A stretch of 36,520 bases of DNA from a virus, in IMG/VR virus record IMGVR_UViG_3300040809_000504, positions 1 through 36,520 of that record. The stretch is one strand, 5' to 3'. The position numbers were made by a program, and so were the translations under genes. Numbering within the stretch: position 1 is the first letter of the stretch; every line of letters begins with the position of its first letter. The notes under the pieces were generated by a model that saw nothing but the letters and a program-made list of their open reading frames with translations, ran no database searches and was not told where the DNA came from. Positions 5,465-15,527 of this stretch are shown one piece after another.

Positions 5465-5695
5465 ATGATAAGGACAAAGGAAGAAATAGAGTTAATTGTA
5501 ATGCAGTGTAAAGGCACTTGGGTTAAGCGAAGAAATCTAAGAAAAAAACTTACCGAAGAATCTAATAGCCTCATTTATAGAGAAATGGATATTTTAAGGG
5601 GAAAAATAAGAGATTTACGCGCCATGGGTGCAAAAGAAGAGGTTTTGCGCTACTGGTATTCGGAAGTAACTAAATTAGAGGTGCAGATATTATGA
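5465..5695 (+). CDS. Hypothetical basic helical protein.
   Basis: 76-aa ORF with a GAGGTAG SD. Confidence 0.5.
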   Translation: MIRTKEEIELIVMQCKGTWVKRRNLRKKLTEESNSLIYREMDILRGKIRDLRAMGAKEEVLRYWYSEVTKLEVQIL

Positions 5696-5862
5696 ATACG
5701 GCAAAGCTTGAAATTTTCAAAGCTAGAAGCTTTTCACTGGGGTTTACTGTGTCAAGTCCATCCTTAAACGGGTTGCACGTTGAGGTTAGACTTGCTTGCT
5801 TTGGGTTCCGTGTCTGGTCTAGAGGTAAAGAGTGGTGTCAATACAACAATTACTGGGGGTAG
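5692..5862 (+). CDS. Hypothetical protein (56 aa).
   Basis: MNTAKLEIFKARSFSLGF... It has an ATGA overlap with the upstream stop and is below the track cutoff. Confidence 0.35.
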   Translation: MNTAKLEIFKARSFSLGFTVSSPSLNGLHVEVRLACFGFRVWSRGKEWCQYNNYWG

Positions 5863-6059
5863 TTAAGGTGTTTACTAAGGGCGTTTTGAAAATATTTATA
5901 AATCACCAAGGTTTTGACATTGAGGAAGCTAAAGACAAGTGTTTTAAGTCAGGTTATGAAGCACTTTCTTTTAATGGTGATATTTGGGTTAATTTAGGCG
6001 TAAAGGATGCTTGGTTTAAAACTCCGTTTACTTTATCTGATTTCACGGGGGGGTTATGA
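5832..6059 (+). CDS. Hypothetical protein.
   Basis: 75 aa. GTG start with a GAGGT SD 5 nt upstream. There is no in-frame ATG. Confidence 0.45.
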   Translation: MVSIQQLLGVVKVFTKGVLKIFINHQGFDIEEAKDKCFKSGYEALSFNGDIWVNLGVKDAWFKTPFTLSDFTGGL

Positions 6060-6238
6060 AGCTAATTGTCCTAATAAAAAAATTAAGCGCTAAACGCAGC
6101 GACCTAGCAAAGTCAGCGGGAATGACCGAGCAAATGCTAAATAACCTAGTAAGCCAAGATAGAGAAGTGCTAGAGCTTGCTAACGGTGATTACATACTAA
6201 CCAGTAAGCATACAAGGATATTCAAGAAGCCCGCTTAG
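6056..6238 (+). CDS. Cro/YdaS-like small HTH protein.
   Basis: 60 aa. KRSDLAKSAGMTEQMLNNLVSQDREVLELANGDY parallels the lambda Cro HTH plus beta-hairpin layout. Confidence 0.45.
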   Translation: MKLIVLIKKLSAKRSDLAKSAGMTEQMLNNLVSQDREVLELANGDYILTSKHTRIFKKPA

Positions 6239-6250
6239 TTGGGCTTTTTT
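6226..6250 (+). terminator. Rho-independent terminator.
   Basis: AAGCCC-(8 nt)-GGGCTT followed by T7. The stop codon sits in the loop. Confidence 0.75.
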
Positions 6251-6312
6251 TATGTCTATGTTAAAATAACAATAAGAACTGAGTTCAACAATTTATCTAA
6301 TAGGGTTAGGTA

Positions 6313-6840
6313 ATGACATTAAAAAACGCAAAACACGAAATGTTTTGTCTTGAGTTTATAGTTGATTTAAACGCTACAGGAGCAGCAAGGAGGGCTGGTT
6401 ACAGCGAAAAGACAGCTAACAGGATAGGGTATCAATTACTTGCTCGCGAAGACGTTAACAATCGCATAGTCAAGCTAAAGCAAGAGAGAAGTAACAAAAC
6501 AAAAATCAATGCCGAATGGGTTCTTAATCAGCTTGTCGAAATACACAATTTAGATGTTATAGATATTCTTGATAACTGCGGCAATTTCAAATCAATATCA
6601 GACTGGCCAATGCAGTGGCGAAGATATCTTTCTGGTTTAGATATTTCAGAAATAAACATCAGCGACACAGAAACAATTATCAGAAAAATAAAGTGGCCAG
6701 ACAAAGTTAAGAATCTTGAGCTAATAGGCAAACATGTTGACATACAAGCCTTCAAAGAAAAAGTTGATACAAATATATCTGGCGACTTAAAGGTAGAGCA
6801 AACGTTAGCGGAGCGCCTGAGCGGTGGAAGTAAGCGCTAA
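6313..6840 (+). CDS. terS: Terminase small subunit (Terminase_2-like).
   Basis: N-terminal KHEMFCLEFIVDLNATGAARRAGYSEKTANRIGYQLL is the classic TerS HTH signature. It lies immediately upstream of TerL. Confidence 0.85.
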   Translation: MTLKNAKHEMFCLEFIVDLNATGAARRAGYSEKTANRIGYQLLAREDVNNRIVKLKQERSNKTKINAEWVLNQLVEIHNLDVIDILDNCGNFKSISDWPMQWRRYLSGLDISEINISDTETIIRKIKWPDKVKNLELIGKHVDIQAFKEKVDTNISGDLKVEQTLAERLSGGSKR

Positions 6841-8401
6841 TCATTTAAAAGCCAATCACTACATATCAAATATAGATAATCTGAATCATGAGGAGTTAGC
6901 GGAAGCTTTGACTTATAAATGGTTTAGGTTGAACACTCTTTATCACATCAAAAACAAGCAAGGAAAAAAAACGCTTTTTACTCCAAACGAGGAGCAAGAG
7001 CAAAGGTACTTAGATCATCATGGTAGAGATATAATATTAAAAGCTCGCCAGCTTGGATTCACTACATTTGAAATGATAGACAGCCTTGATGATTGCCTTT
7101 TTATTGATGATTATAATGCTGGTTGCATATGTCACAACTTAGATAGCGCTAAAGATATATTTAGAAACAAGATAAAATACGCTTACGAAAATATAGCTGA
7201 ATCACAAATACAACTACTCGCAGAGCTTGGCTTTAACTTACCGACACCAAAAAGTGACAAAGGCAACGCCTATGTATTTACTAACGGTTCAGCGATAAAA
7301 GTATCAACATCATATCGTGGCGATACACTTCAAAGACTTCATGTTTCAGAATTTGGAAAGATATGCAAAAAGTACCCTGATAAAGCAAAAGAAATTGTAA
7401 CAGGTGCTTTTGAAGCTGTTCCGGCTGATGGTGGAATAATCACGTTGGAGTCTACAGCGGAAGGGAAAGAAGGTTATTTTTATGATTATTCCGAATCAGC
7501 AAGGAAGAAAAAGCAGTTAAATAAGGACTTGTCGATACTTGACTTTAATTTTCACTTTTACAGTTGGTGGAAAAGAGAGGAGTATTCGATTAAAGGTGAT
7601 ATTGCAGAAAGCCTAAAACCATATTTTACTGAACTGGAAAAAAAACATCATATTGCATTAACTGACGGGCAAAAAGCGTGGTATAGCGCAAAATGGAAAG
7701 ATTTGGGTAATGACATACGCAGAGAATACCCTTCAATACCAAAAGAAGCCTTTGAACAGTCAATAGAGGGGGCTTACTATGCTGAGCAATTCAATCAAAT
7801 CTATAGCGAGTCAAGAATAGCTGACTTAACAGGTTACGCAAATATGGCGAGCGTCAATGTAGTTTGTGATATTGGTATTGGTGATAGCACCGCGCTATGG
7901 TTTTGGCATACTGTCGGCAATGAGGTGCAAATACTTCATTATCACGAAAATAGCGGCGAAGGGCTTGGTTACTACCTAAAATACATCGAAGATACTTTAC
8001 AAAAAAACAACTGGTCATTAAAGAAAGCATACGGCCCACACGATATGAATAACAGGGAATTTGCAAGCAAGGGTAAAACAAGAAAAGAGTTAGCAAAGGA
8101 AGGTGTAGAATATAACGGCGTTAAATACTCTCTTAACTTTGATATAGTCCCTAAACTTGGTGTTGATGATGGTATACAGTTGGTCAGAACGCTTTTGCCA
8201 TCGTGTGTATTTGATGAGTCTAAATGCGAGCAAGGTATAACATGCTTAGAAAGCTACCGCAAAGAATGGAATGATAAACTTGGGTGTTGGCGCGATACGC
8301 CGCTGCATGACTGGTCATCGCATGGCGCTGATGCATTTAGATATTTGGCGGTAGTTGAAAGCAGGCGAATAACTAGCAGCAGGTTTGCTATGCGGAACTA
8401 A
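6824..8401 (+). CDS. terL: Terminase large subunit.
   Basis: 525 aa with a GTG start overlapping terS. It has an ATPase N-terminus (ILKARQLGFTT) and a nuclease-type C-terminus (HDWSSHGADAFRY). Confidence 0.85.
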   Translation: MEVSANHLKANHYISNIDNLNHEELAEALTYKWFRLNTLYHIKNKQGKKTLFTPNEEQEQRYLDHHGRDIILKARQLGFTTFEMIDSLDDCLFIDDYNAGCICHNLDSAKDIFRNKIKYAYENIAESQIQLLAELGFNLPTPKSDKGNAYVFTNGSAIKVSTSYRGDTLQRLHVSEFGKICKKYPDKAKEIVTGAFEAVPADGGIITLESTAEGKEGYFYDYSESARKKKQLNKDLSILDFNFHFYSWWKREEYSIKGDIAESLKPYFTELEKKHHIALTDGQKAWYSAKWKDLGNDIRREYPSIPKEAFEQSIEGAYYAEQFNQIYSESRIADLTGYANMASVNVVCDIGIGDSTALWFWHTVGNEVQILHYHENSGEGLGYYLKYIEDTLQKNNWSLKKAYGPHDMNNREFASKGKTRKELAKEGVEYNGVKYSLNFDIVPKLGVDDGIQLVRTLLPSCVFDESKCEQGITCLESYRKEWNDKLGCWRDTPLHDWSSHGADAFRYLAVVESRRITSSRFAMRN

Positions 8402-8442
8402 GCTGTTAAAATAAACAATATTATTGTATCGGAAATTTAAAA

Positions 8443-9981
8443 ATGGCAACACAAATTAGCGTTGGTAAATTAGGGCAACCAGATACTTGCTATGTAGAGC
8501 AGACTTATCTATGGAAGCAGGTAAGAGCTTGTATTGAAGGTAAGTACGAAGTTGACAAGTTAATCGACTGCCTGCCACAGCCGTTTTATTCAAGCGGGAT
8601 AATCACACCATACATGAATGACGCACAGCGCGAATTCGCATTACATTGCCAGCAGATAAACTTAAAAAAAGCCGCTGCATACTGGAATCGTGCAAGATTT
8701 TTTAATGCAACTGGACGTACTTATGTTTCTCTAGGTGGTATGGTTTGGTCACAAGATCCAGAGGTTGATCTTGCATCTGGTATAGAATATTTAAAAGATA
8801 ATGCTGACGGTGCGAATAACGGATTGCGCGAAGTTGCACAAGAAATAACAGATGAACTAATATCACTTGGTCGCATTGGCTCACTTGTTGATATGCCGCA
8901 AAACGAAACAAACTTAACTTTAGGTCAGATGGAAAGCGGCGAGAACTCAGCGCGCATTATTAACTATAAGGCTGAAAACATTGTTTACTGGCGAACTGAT
9001 AAGGTCGGTAAGTTGCTTGAGGTTAGATTGCTCGAATATACGCAAAAAGAAAAGCCAATGGCTGATAGCGGGCCACTATATGATTGCATGGTAACTGAAG
9101 ATATTTGCAATGTACGGCAATTAGTTTTAATTGATGGTATTTATCACAATCGACTTTTCAATGATAAAGACGAAATGATTGAAGATTTTACCCCGGTAGC
9201 TGATGGCGCTAATTTAGACTTTATCCCGTTTCAGTTTTTTGGAGCAGATAAAAATACACCAGATTACGGCAAGGTGACGCTTTATGATTTGGCTAGTCAA
9301 AATATCGGGCATTATGTTTTAGACGCTGACAACCGTGCAAATTTGCACTATCACGGCTCAGGCATGACAAATGTATATAGCGGAATGGATGATCAAGATT
9401 TTTTCACAAAAAACCCGAATGGTTTGGATTGCGGCCCAGGTGGTATGAATCAGCTAAATCAAGATGACAGAATTGAGATATTGCAAATTGATTCAACAGG
9501 CGCGCTACCCGCTGAAATGGATAGGGACAAGCAGCGCATGATTGAGTTGGGCGCTCAATTAGTACAGGACACTAACAGCAATCAAACGTTAGGCGCAAAG
9601 GAAATGGAATTTAGCTCTAGCACTTCAACGCTAAAGCGTATTTCATACAATGCAACTGATGGAATTAAAAATTTATTAAGTTGGTGCGCGGAGTTTATGG
9701 GCGTTACACAAGAATCAACATATAAGCTAAACTCTGACTTTATTGTTGACATGATGACACCAGAAATGATTAACGCGCATTTAGCTTTAGTTCAATCTGG
9801 CACGTTGCCAGTCGAAACATTGTACGAAACATCGCGCAAGGCTGGCTTCACCAAGCTTGAAAACGAAGAAATTGAGGATCTTGCTCGCGAATCTGACTTT
9901 GGCATTCAAGGTGAGCCAGAAGAGATTGCACGTTTGCGTGCTGAGAATGAATCGTTACGAGAGCAATTAAATGGCGGCTAG
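8443..9981 (+). CDS. Portal protein.
   Basis: 512 aa, directly after TerL and before the MuF-like gene, with an acidic C-terminus. Confidence 0.75.
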   Translation: MATQISVGKLGQPDTCYVEQTYLWKQVRACIEGKYEVDKLIDCLPQPFYSSGIITPYMNDAQREFALHCQQINLKKAAAYWNRARFFNATGRTYVSLGGMVWSQDPEVDLASGIEYLKDNADGANNGLREVAQEITDELISLGRIGSLVDMPQNETNLTLGQMESGENSARIINYKAENIVYWRTDKVGKLLEVRLLEYTQKEKPMADSGPLYDCMVTEDICNVRQLVLIDGIYHNRLFNDKDEMIEDFTPVADGANLDFIPFQFFGADKNTPDYGKVTLYDLASQNIGHYVLDADNRANLHYHGSGMTNVYSGMDDQDFFTKNPNGLDCGPGGMNQLNQDDRIEILQIDSTGALPAEMDRDKQRMIELGAQLVQDTNSNQTLGAKEMEFSSSTSTLKRISYNATDGIKNLLSWCAEFMGVTQESTYKLNSDFIVDMMTPEMINAHLALVQSGTLPVETLYETSRKAGFTKLENEEIEDLARESDFGIQGEPEEIARLRAENESLREQLNGG

Positions 9982-11086
9982 TGATGATTTAGTTGCCATC
10001 TATTCACAGCATCAAATTTATTTACAAAAAGTTGCTGCTAAGTTTGGTAATGATGTTGCTCCATATCTTGAGCGCATTCAATCTGGTGTGAATGCTGTAT
10101 TCGAGCATTACCGCGGAATGAATTTAACACCGAAGCGCGAAGAAATAATCAAGGCGCAGATTAACGAATTAACACGTCTTGAGCTGCAAGAGTATATCAA
10201 TCAGTTGCGTGTTGATAATCGCGAGCTTGGCGCTTATGAGGTTGAATTTGCAGCCAGAACCCTTGAAGATATAATAGAAAGCGATGATTTTAACGCTACA
10301 GTGCCAGCTGCATCACAAGTAAATGTTTTAGCGGTGGCATCGCCAATAAAATTAGGTGAAAACAATTTTATCACGTACAACACAATGATGCGTAATTACT
10401 GGCAAAAATGGACTGATGAGGTTGACGCTATTGTGCAGCAAGGTTTTATTGCTGGTGGCACAGTGCAGGAGATTCAATCTCGCGTAATGGAATCAATCCA
10501 GTTAGAAGGTGAAAAATCAAAAACAACGCTTTCACGCGCTAGGCGATCGGCAAGAAGTTTGGCTATAACTGGAACTAATCATTATGCTAACCAAGCTACA
10601 ATTGCATTTGTAGATGGTAATGATGACGCGCTAACTGGTTATGAATTTGTTGCTGTGTTGGATTCTAGAACATCGCAGCAATGCAGAAGCTTGGACGGCA
10701 CAACGTATAAGGTTGGCGATGAAAAACTAACTTACGTTACACCGCCATTGCATCCAAACTGTAGAAGTCGCCTTGTTTATGAAGTGTCGCCAGAATTTCG
10801 CACTGATGATGATGATAAAAAGCGCGCATCAAGATTTAGTGTTGATGGAAAATTAGATCCAAAGCCATTACCAAGTGGTCAGCGCTATTATGATTACATG
10901 GCTAGATTATCAGCAAGTGATCAAGACTTGATACTTGGCCCAACACTAGGGCGCGCATTTAGAAAGCTAAACGACCCTGATAAATTCGCAAGATTAACAA
11001 TAGATTCGCTCGGTAATCCATTAACGATTACTGAACTTAAACAGCGCGACAACGCTTTGAGTCGCATAATTAAAAATCAAAACTGA
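9971..11086 (+). CDS. Minor head protein, Mu F / SPP1 gp7 family.
   Basis: TGYEFVAVLDSRTSQQCRSLDG...PPLHPNCRSRL is the hallmark motif of the family. Confidence 0.8.
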   Translation: MAASDDLVAIYSQHQIYLQKVAAKFGNDVAPYLERIQSGVNAVFEHYRGMNLTPKREEIIKAQINELTRLELQEYINQLRVDNRELGAYEVEFAARTLEDIIESDDFNATVPAASQVNVLAVASPIKLGENNFITYNTMMRNYWQKWTDEVDAIVQQGFIAGGTVQEIQSRVMESIQLEGEKSKTTLSRARRSARSLAITGTNHYANQATIAFVDGNDDALTGYEFVAVLDSRTSQQCRSLDGTTYKVGDEKLTYVTPPLHPNCRSRLVYEVSPEFRTDDDDKKRASRFSVDGKLDPKPLPSGQRYYDYMARLSASDQDLILGPTLGRAFRKLNDPDKFARLTIDSLGNPLTITELKQRDNALSRIIKNQN

Positions 11087-11114
11087 GTTTTGAATATACC
11101 TAGAGGGTAAAAAA

Positions 11115-11765
11115 ATGCCATTTGACTTATCACAAATTGAAGGTTTAACACCGGAGCAGATTGCTGCTATTCAAGCGCAACATGACGCAGAAACAACAGG
11201 TCTTTTAAATAAAAATAAAGAACTGTTAAACGAAAAGAAAACGGTTCAAGCAAGCGCAACTGAGCAAGCTGAAGCGTTAGAGCAGGCGCGACTAGCAGCG
11301 GTAAAGGCGGAAGAAGAAAGACTGCTTGCAGAGGGTAAATATAAAGAAGCGCAAGAGCTTCGCGAAAAAGAGCGAGCTGAATTGGTGGCTAAAGCCGAGA
11401 ATGAAGCTAAATTGGCAAAAGATAATCTTGAGAAATATCACCGAAGCAACGCATTAAATGGCGCGCTAGGTATGATTCACGATGATTTCAAACAAATGTC
11501 AAGTCCAATGTTGGAATCAATGATTAAAATTGATTATAATGAACAAGGCGAAGCATTAACCAAGTTTATGAATAACGGTGAAGTTGTCGCTAATAGCGTT
11601 GATGAGTTCAGAGGCTGGGCCAGTGAACAAGATTCTTTTAAGCGCATAATGAATGGTGTTAACTCTAGCGGGGCTGGTTCATCTAACGCCAACGGTGGCG
11701 CAAATGGCGCACAAAACAAAGATTCAGCTTATGAAGCTCGCCTAAAGCAAGCGGGTTTAATCTAA
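11115..11765 (+). CDS. Scaffolding protein.
   Basis: 216 aa, Ala/Glu/Lys-rich coiled coil, positioned directly before the capsid gene. Confidence 0.65.
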   Translation: MPFDLSQIEGLTPEQIAAIQAQHDAETTGLLNKNKELLNEKKTVQASATEQAEALEQARLAAVKAEEERLLAEGKYKEAQELREKERAELVAKAENEAKLAKDNLEKYHRSNALNGALGMIHDDFKQMSSPMLESMIKIDYNEQGEALTKFMNNGEVVANSVDEFRGWASEQDSFKRIMNGVNSSGAGSSNANGGANGAQNKDSAYEARLKQAGLI

Positions 11766-11785
11766 ACTAACTAGGGGATGCTATA

Positions 11786-12766
11786 ATGGCACTAGCTAAC
11801 ATGCAGGTATATAACGAGCAGATTCGTTTACGTACCATTGAACTTATCGGCCAGCAACTTGACGCATTTAATGCTGCATCTGGCAACACGATTATCTTGA
11901 GTGCTGACGGCTTTCAAGGTGATTTTTCACGCGAATCATTTTTTAATACTTTAGCTGGCGCTCAAAGACGCGTTGATCGCTACGCAGCAAACGGTGCAGC
12001 ATCGTCTACAGCGCTATCAGAATCAGAAATGGTCGGTGTTAAAGTGGCTGGAGGTTTTGGCCCAGTTGTTTTTGAACCAGCTCAAATGACTTATTTGCAA
12101 TCTAATCCACAAGAAGCAATTAACGTTATTGCGCAGGGTTTTGCTGATGCTCTTATGGCTGACCAGCTTAATACATCAGTTGGTAGCGCAGTTGCAGCAA
12201 TTGAAAATCAAGCTGCACTTGTTAATGACGTTTCTGCTTTAACTGCTGGCGCTGGCGCGTTAACTCAAACAGTTTTAAATGGCTCTCACGCTAAGTTTGG
12301 TGATATGTCTGGCATGTTGCGTGCAGATGTAATGACTGGGCCAGCTTATCATAAACTGTTAGAAAAGGGCCTTGCTAACGGTGAGCGGTTATTCGAAAGC
12401 ACCAATGTAACAGTGCAATCAATTTTAGGTAAAATCTTTGTTATTTCCGACATTCCAGCTTTAACCGAAACTGGCACGCCAAACAAAACAAAAGTTTTAT
12501 CACTTGTTGATCGCGGTATCATTGTCGATAACACATCAGACATTGTGACAAACCTAGATACAACGAATGGCAATGAGCGCATCGAAACAACATGGCAAGC
12601 AGATTATACATTCGGGTGTAAAGTGAAAGGTTACGCTTGGGATATTGCAAACGGCGGCAAATCACCGCTTGACGCTGAGTTATTCACTGGATCAAATTGG
12701 GATTTAGTAATGGCAAGCACCAAGCATACAGCGGGTACGTTAGCTATTGCTGATATTGACCAGTAA
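11786..12766 (+). CDS. Major capsid protein.
   Basis: 326 aa. The call rests on position after the scaffold gene, a strong SD and a downstream attenuating hairpin. Confidence 0.7.
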   Translation: MALANMQVYNEQIRLRTIELIGQQLDAFNAASGNTIILSADGFQGDFSRESFFNTLAGAQRRVDRYAANGAASSTALSESEMVGVKVAGGFGPVVFEPAQMTYLQSNPQEAINVIAQGFADALMADQLNTSVGSAVAAIENQAALVNDVSALTAGAGALTQTVLNGSHAKFGDMSGMLRADVMTGPAYHKLLEKGLANGERLFESTNVTVQSILGKIFVISDIPALTETGTPNKTKVLSLVDRGIIVDNTSDIVTNLDTTNGNERIETTWQADYTFGCKVKGYAWDIANGGKSPLDAELFTGSNWDLVMASTKHTAGTLAIADIDQ

Positions 12767-12776
12767 GGTGTAAAGC

Positions 12777-12932
12777 ATGGATAAAGTAAAATATTTACCT
12801 CATCCATGCTCTGCTGAGCTTAAAAAGGAATGGAACGCAAAAGGCTACAAAGTTTTAGATGAACGTTTCAATCCCGAGTCGGTAGAGCAAGAAAAACCAA
12901 AGCGGAAACGCAAAACTAAGGCCGCAGATTAG
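12777..12932 (+). CDS. 51-aa basic-tailed small protein after the capsid gene.
   Basis: MDKVKYLPHPCSAELKKEW...KPKRKRKTKAAD with an AAGGTG SD. It is below the track cutoff. Confidence 0.45.
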   Translation: MDKVKYLPHPCSAELKKEWNAKGYKVLDERFNPESVEQEKPKRKRKTKAAD

Positions 12933-12945
12933 CGGCTTTTCTTTA
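12921..12945 (+). terminator. Weak hairpin or attenuator after the capsid genes.
   Basis: GCCGC-(6 nt)-GCGGC followed by TTTTCTTT. Confidence 0.4.
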
Positions 12946-12967
12946 ACGTGTAGAAATGGAGCGTTAA

Positions 12968-13627
12968 ATGTCACGACCACAAAACGAAATACTAGCTGAT
13001 ATAGTTGTTGCATCAGGTGGCACAGTAACAAATCCAAGCAATAGAAACTCTCTATACAACGACTGGAAAAATGCCGTTGAATCACCGCCAGCTGTAGAGT
13101 ACATGACCAGGCTTAACGGTGTCAGCAGTGTCATACAAGTGCCAAACATTCCAGTTTCAGCTGGCAGTACAATAGAATTACAGTTTTTTGCTCCGCCGTC
13201 ATTGCAAGCGCAAACAAGGCTATTAATGGATTCACCAAGCGGATCTGCGTTGCCTAGATGTTTTATAGAGCAAAATTCTAACGGCACGGTTGCTTTTAAC
13301 ACTTCTGCATATAGCGAAATGCGGCTTGACGGTGTTGTTATATCATCAATGTCTGTTGCCTTCCCTTCTGACGAAAATTTTCACACATTTCTAGGTGTGT
13401 TGAGTGTTAACTCTGAGATAGGCTGGCTTGGATCTCTTTTTAATGGCGCTAGCCTTTTGGCCAATTTTCCAATTACAAAGTTAAAAATAAATGACGGATC
13501 AGTGTGGGACTTCCCTCTTAACGAGCCTTGGAGTTCGGACATTCCAAGAGTTGCATTTAATTCTGGTAGCGGTGCAAATGCAGAATACATAAACACAGTG
13601 GAAAGTGACGTTGAGGTTAGGCCATGA
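12968..13627 (+). CDS. Structural accessory protein, possibly a concanavalin/LamG-like beta-sandwich.
   Basis: 219 aa. The composition is beta-rich and the gene sits in the head module. The fold call is an impression only. Confidence 0.4.
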   Translation: MSRPQNEILADIVVASGGTVTNPSNRNSLYNDWKNAVESPPAVEYMTRLNGVSSVIQVPNIPVSAGSTIELQFFAPPSLQAQTRLLMDSPSGSALPRCFIEQNSNGTVAFNTSAYSEMRLDGVVISSMSVAFPSDENFHTFLGVLSVNSEIGWLGSLFNGASLLANFPITKLKINDGSVWDFPLNEPWSSDIPRVAFNSGSGANAEYINTVESDVEVRP

Positions 13628-13929
13628 TAACTAAATTTTCTTTTATACCTTTATCAACGTGGGAAAATGACACGGCAGGCGCTAAGGCAGTGTTCCCAAA
13701 AGCTGTTACTTATGGAAATTCAAAAGTTGTTCAATACGCATCGCCGGTAGAAAGTGAAACCATGTTAAATATGGTTGCGGTTAGCGGGATGGAATTAATG
13801 CAAACAAATGACGCTGATTTGATTTACTCAAAAATAAGAACTGATTTTAACGAAATTTATAATTGCTCGCACGAATGCGCATTGTCGATTGCTGGCAAAT
13901 TTAACGAGGGTTTAGAACATGGCAATTAG
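13624..13929 (+). CDS. Hypothetical structural-module protein.
   Basis: 101-aa ORF with an ATGA overlap with the upstream gene. Confidence 0.5.
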   Translation: MITKFSFIPLSTWENDTAGAKAVFPKAVTYGNSKVVQYASPVESETMLNMVAVSGMELMQTNDADLIYSKIRTDFNEIYNCSHECALSIAGKFNEGLEHGN

Positions 13930-14500
13930 AAATGAAGATTTAGAGCAAATACTAGCAGCAATACAAGCTGGTGGAACTCCATTTAATCCAACAACTGACA
14001 TTAATATTGAGCGCCTTTATGACGGTGAAAGCCTGTTAGCATCTCAGCAGCCAAGTACGATTGACACACCGCTTGAAATTCAATTTGGCGTTGTTCAAGG
14101 TGGCCCATCTGACCCAATCCAAACAATTGCAAATGTCGGCTCAGAAGCTTCAATCCTAAGAATTAACACGCCAGGCACATATAGAATTAAAACAGCAATT
14201 CAATACGGTCGCACAGGCGCATCAGGAACTAGTATTTTAAATTTTCGCGTCAAAGTTGCCGGCTCTCAAGCTGGACGCAGTATAAATCAAAGAATATCTA
14301 ATTCTAACGAGACAAGTATTTTTACTGATGAAGCGTGGATAACATTCCCTGTTGCACCGATTGATATTGTTTACGAGGTTATTAGGGATTCTAACGGTAA
14401 TGATTCTGGCGGCCTATTCGCTGGCGAGGTTTCTGGCAGTACAGGCTGGAATGCTTCACCTAGTTGCGCGTTGCGTGTTGAACGATGGATAGGGAGTTAA
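13919..14500 (+). CDS. Hypothetical beta-rich structural-module protein (decoration or fibre candidate).
   Basis: 193-aa ORF, the last plus-strand gene before a convergent hairpin. Confidence 0.5.
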   Translation: MAIRNEDLEQILAAIQAGGTPFNPTTDINIERLYDGESLLASQQPSTIDTPLEIQFGVVQGGPSDPIQTIANVGSEASILRINTPGTYRIKTAIQYGRTGASGTSILNFRVKVAGSQAGRSINQRISNSNETSIFTDEAWITFPVAPIDIVYEVIRDSNGNDSGGLFAGEVSGSTGWNASPSCALRVERWIGS

Positions 14501-14530
14501 ACATGTTCTTTTAAGATTTAAAGGCAGAAT

Positions 14531-14551
14531 GAAAGGGCTTAACGCCCTTTC
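14531..14551. terminator. Bidirectional hairpin between convergent genes.
   Basis: GAAAGGGC-(5 nt)-GCCCTTTC. The U-tracts are short on both strands. Confidence 0.55.
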
Positions 14552-14552
14552 C

Positions 14553-14735
14553 TTAATTACCGGTAAACACTTTTGAGTCTTTGCAATTATAACGCCTTAC
14601 AACTTTTGGCTTTTTATTTTCAACCGCTGCCAACTCCCAAATATTAAACATCTGCGACTTTTGGTAATGCGACACTCCATCGCTTTTCATTGCTATTTTA
14701 GTTTGCGTAAACGATAAATCGCTCATGTTATCCAT
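14553..14735 (-). CDS. Hypothetical small protein (cassette gene 5).
   Basis: MDNMSDLSFTQTK... The ATG at 14735 is preceded by AAGGTGAAAACA, and the gene overlaps the upstream stop. Confidence 0.5.
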   Translation of the reverse strand: MDNMSDLSFTQTKIAMKSDGVSHYQKSQMFNIWELAAVENKKPKVVRRYNCKDSKVFTGN

Positions 14736-14997
14736 TGTTTTCACCTTCATCTATTTGTTTGATTAATTCGTCAGCAACTTTTAGCGCATTAGATGCAACA
14801 TCTATGTGCCAATTTTTGTATCCGATTTCATCACGCGCACAATTTGTTAAAATTCCATTAAGCGCCACCTTTGCAACTTCTAACCGCTCACTTCTTTTCT
14901 TGGTGCCATTAAATTTAGATAGCGCATCATTAAACGTCTTATCTGCGTCTTCTTTTGTTAAACCTGTAAAACTGTAATCACTAAGCATCATCATCAC
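14728..14997 (-). CDS. Hypothetical helical small protein (cassette gene 4).
   Basis: Four tandem ATGs lie at 14997-14986. SD spacing (AAAGGTGATGATGATG) favours the last one, at 14988. Confidence 0.5.
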   Translation of the reverse strand: MMMMLSDYSFTGLTKEDADKTFNDALSKFNGTKKRSERLEVAKVALNGILTNCARDEIGYKNWHIDVASNALKVADELIKQIDEGENNG

Positions 14998-15151
14998 CTT
15001 TATATTTACTTGTTTGCTCCAAAGCTTGCGCTATATCTTCGATAGTGTCGCGCTCACTCAGTTTAGATTCGAAACCTGTTTTGTAACCATACTCTTGCGC
15101 TTGCATCGTTGCAAAGTACGCTATCAGCAAGTAGCTTGTATTTTTATTCAT
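14981..15151 (-). CDS. Hypothetical 56-aa protein (cassette gene 3).
   Basis: MNKNTSYLLIAYFATMQAQEYGYKTGF...KGDDDA with a GGTGATTTATG SD. It is below the track cutoff. Confidence 0.45.
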   Translation of the reverse strand: MNKNTSYLLIAYFATMQAQEYGYKTGFESKLSERDTIEDIAQALEQTSKYKGDDDA

Positions 15152-15342
15152 AAATCACCATTATTAACCTTAAAATTTGGCCCTCTAAAAAACATCGCAT
15201 CTTTATAGCTGCACGAAGTTAAATGAAACCCATCGCATACATCACATTTATAAGCCCGATACTTTTTAGAGAATCTTTTTAATTTTACCTTTATATACTT
15301 CCTTGCTTCTTTTCTGCTTCTAAAGAATCGTTTTTCACACAT
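15148..15342 (-). CDS. Basic small protein with a C-x2-C-x3-H-x3-C knuckle (cassette gene 2).
   Basis: 64 aa. SD AAAGGTGATTTATG. The motif is YKCDVCDGFHLTSC. Confidence 0.55.
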   Translation of the reverse strand: MCEKRFFRSRKEARKYIKVKLKRFSKKYRAYKCDVCDGFHLTSCSYKDAMFFRGPNFKVNNGDL

Positions 15343-15527
15343 AAATCACCTTTTAGTTTTTGCAACTGCATAGTTAACTCTGCGTTTATTTCTATCAAAT
15401 CAATCGACATAGCTAGCAGTTCTTTTGTTTTGATGTCTAAAATACTTGGCCCATCAATGTTATTTGACAAAGAGCTTTTAAACCAGTCAATTAACTCTTG
15501 GTCAATAACGTTTATTGGATTTTTCAT
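15291..15527 (-). CDS. Hypothetical small protein (cassette gene 1).
   Basis: MKNPINVIDQELIDWF... The ATG at 15527 follows AGAGGTGATT. The track start at 15533 is the GTG inside that SD. Confidence 0.5.
   Translation of the reverse strand: MKNPINVIDQELIDWFKSSLSNNIDGPSILDIKTKELLAMSIDLIEINAELTMQLQKLKGDLCVKNDSLEAEKKQGSI

Noticed and set aside
5740-5830. A locally GC-richer stretch that could hide a structured ncRNA or tRNA.
   Set aside because: I could not fold a cloverleaf or find a T-loop GTTCGAATC-type motif here or anywhere else in the window. The region is covered by a coupled 56-aa ORF.
14735-15208. Plus-strand track ORFs 14735..14977 and 15014..15208, inside the inverted cassette.
   Set aside because: The minus-strand reading gives five genes, each with a consensus SD and start-stop coupling. 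The plus-strand ORFs have neither.
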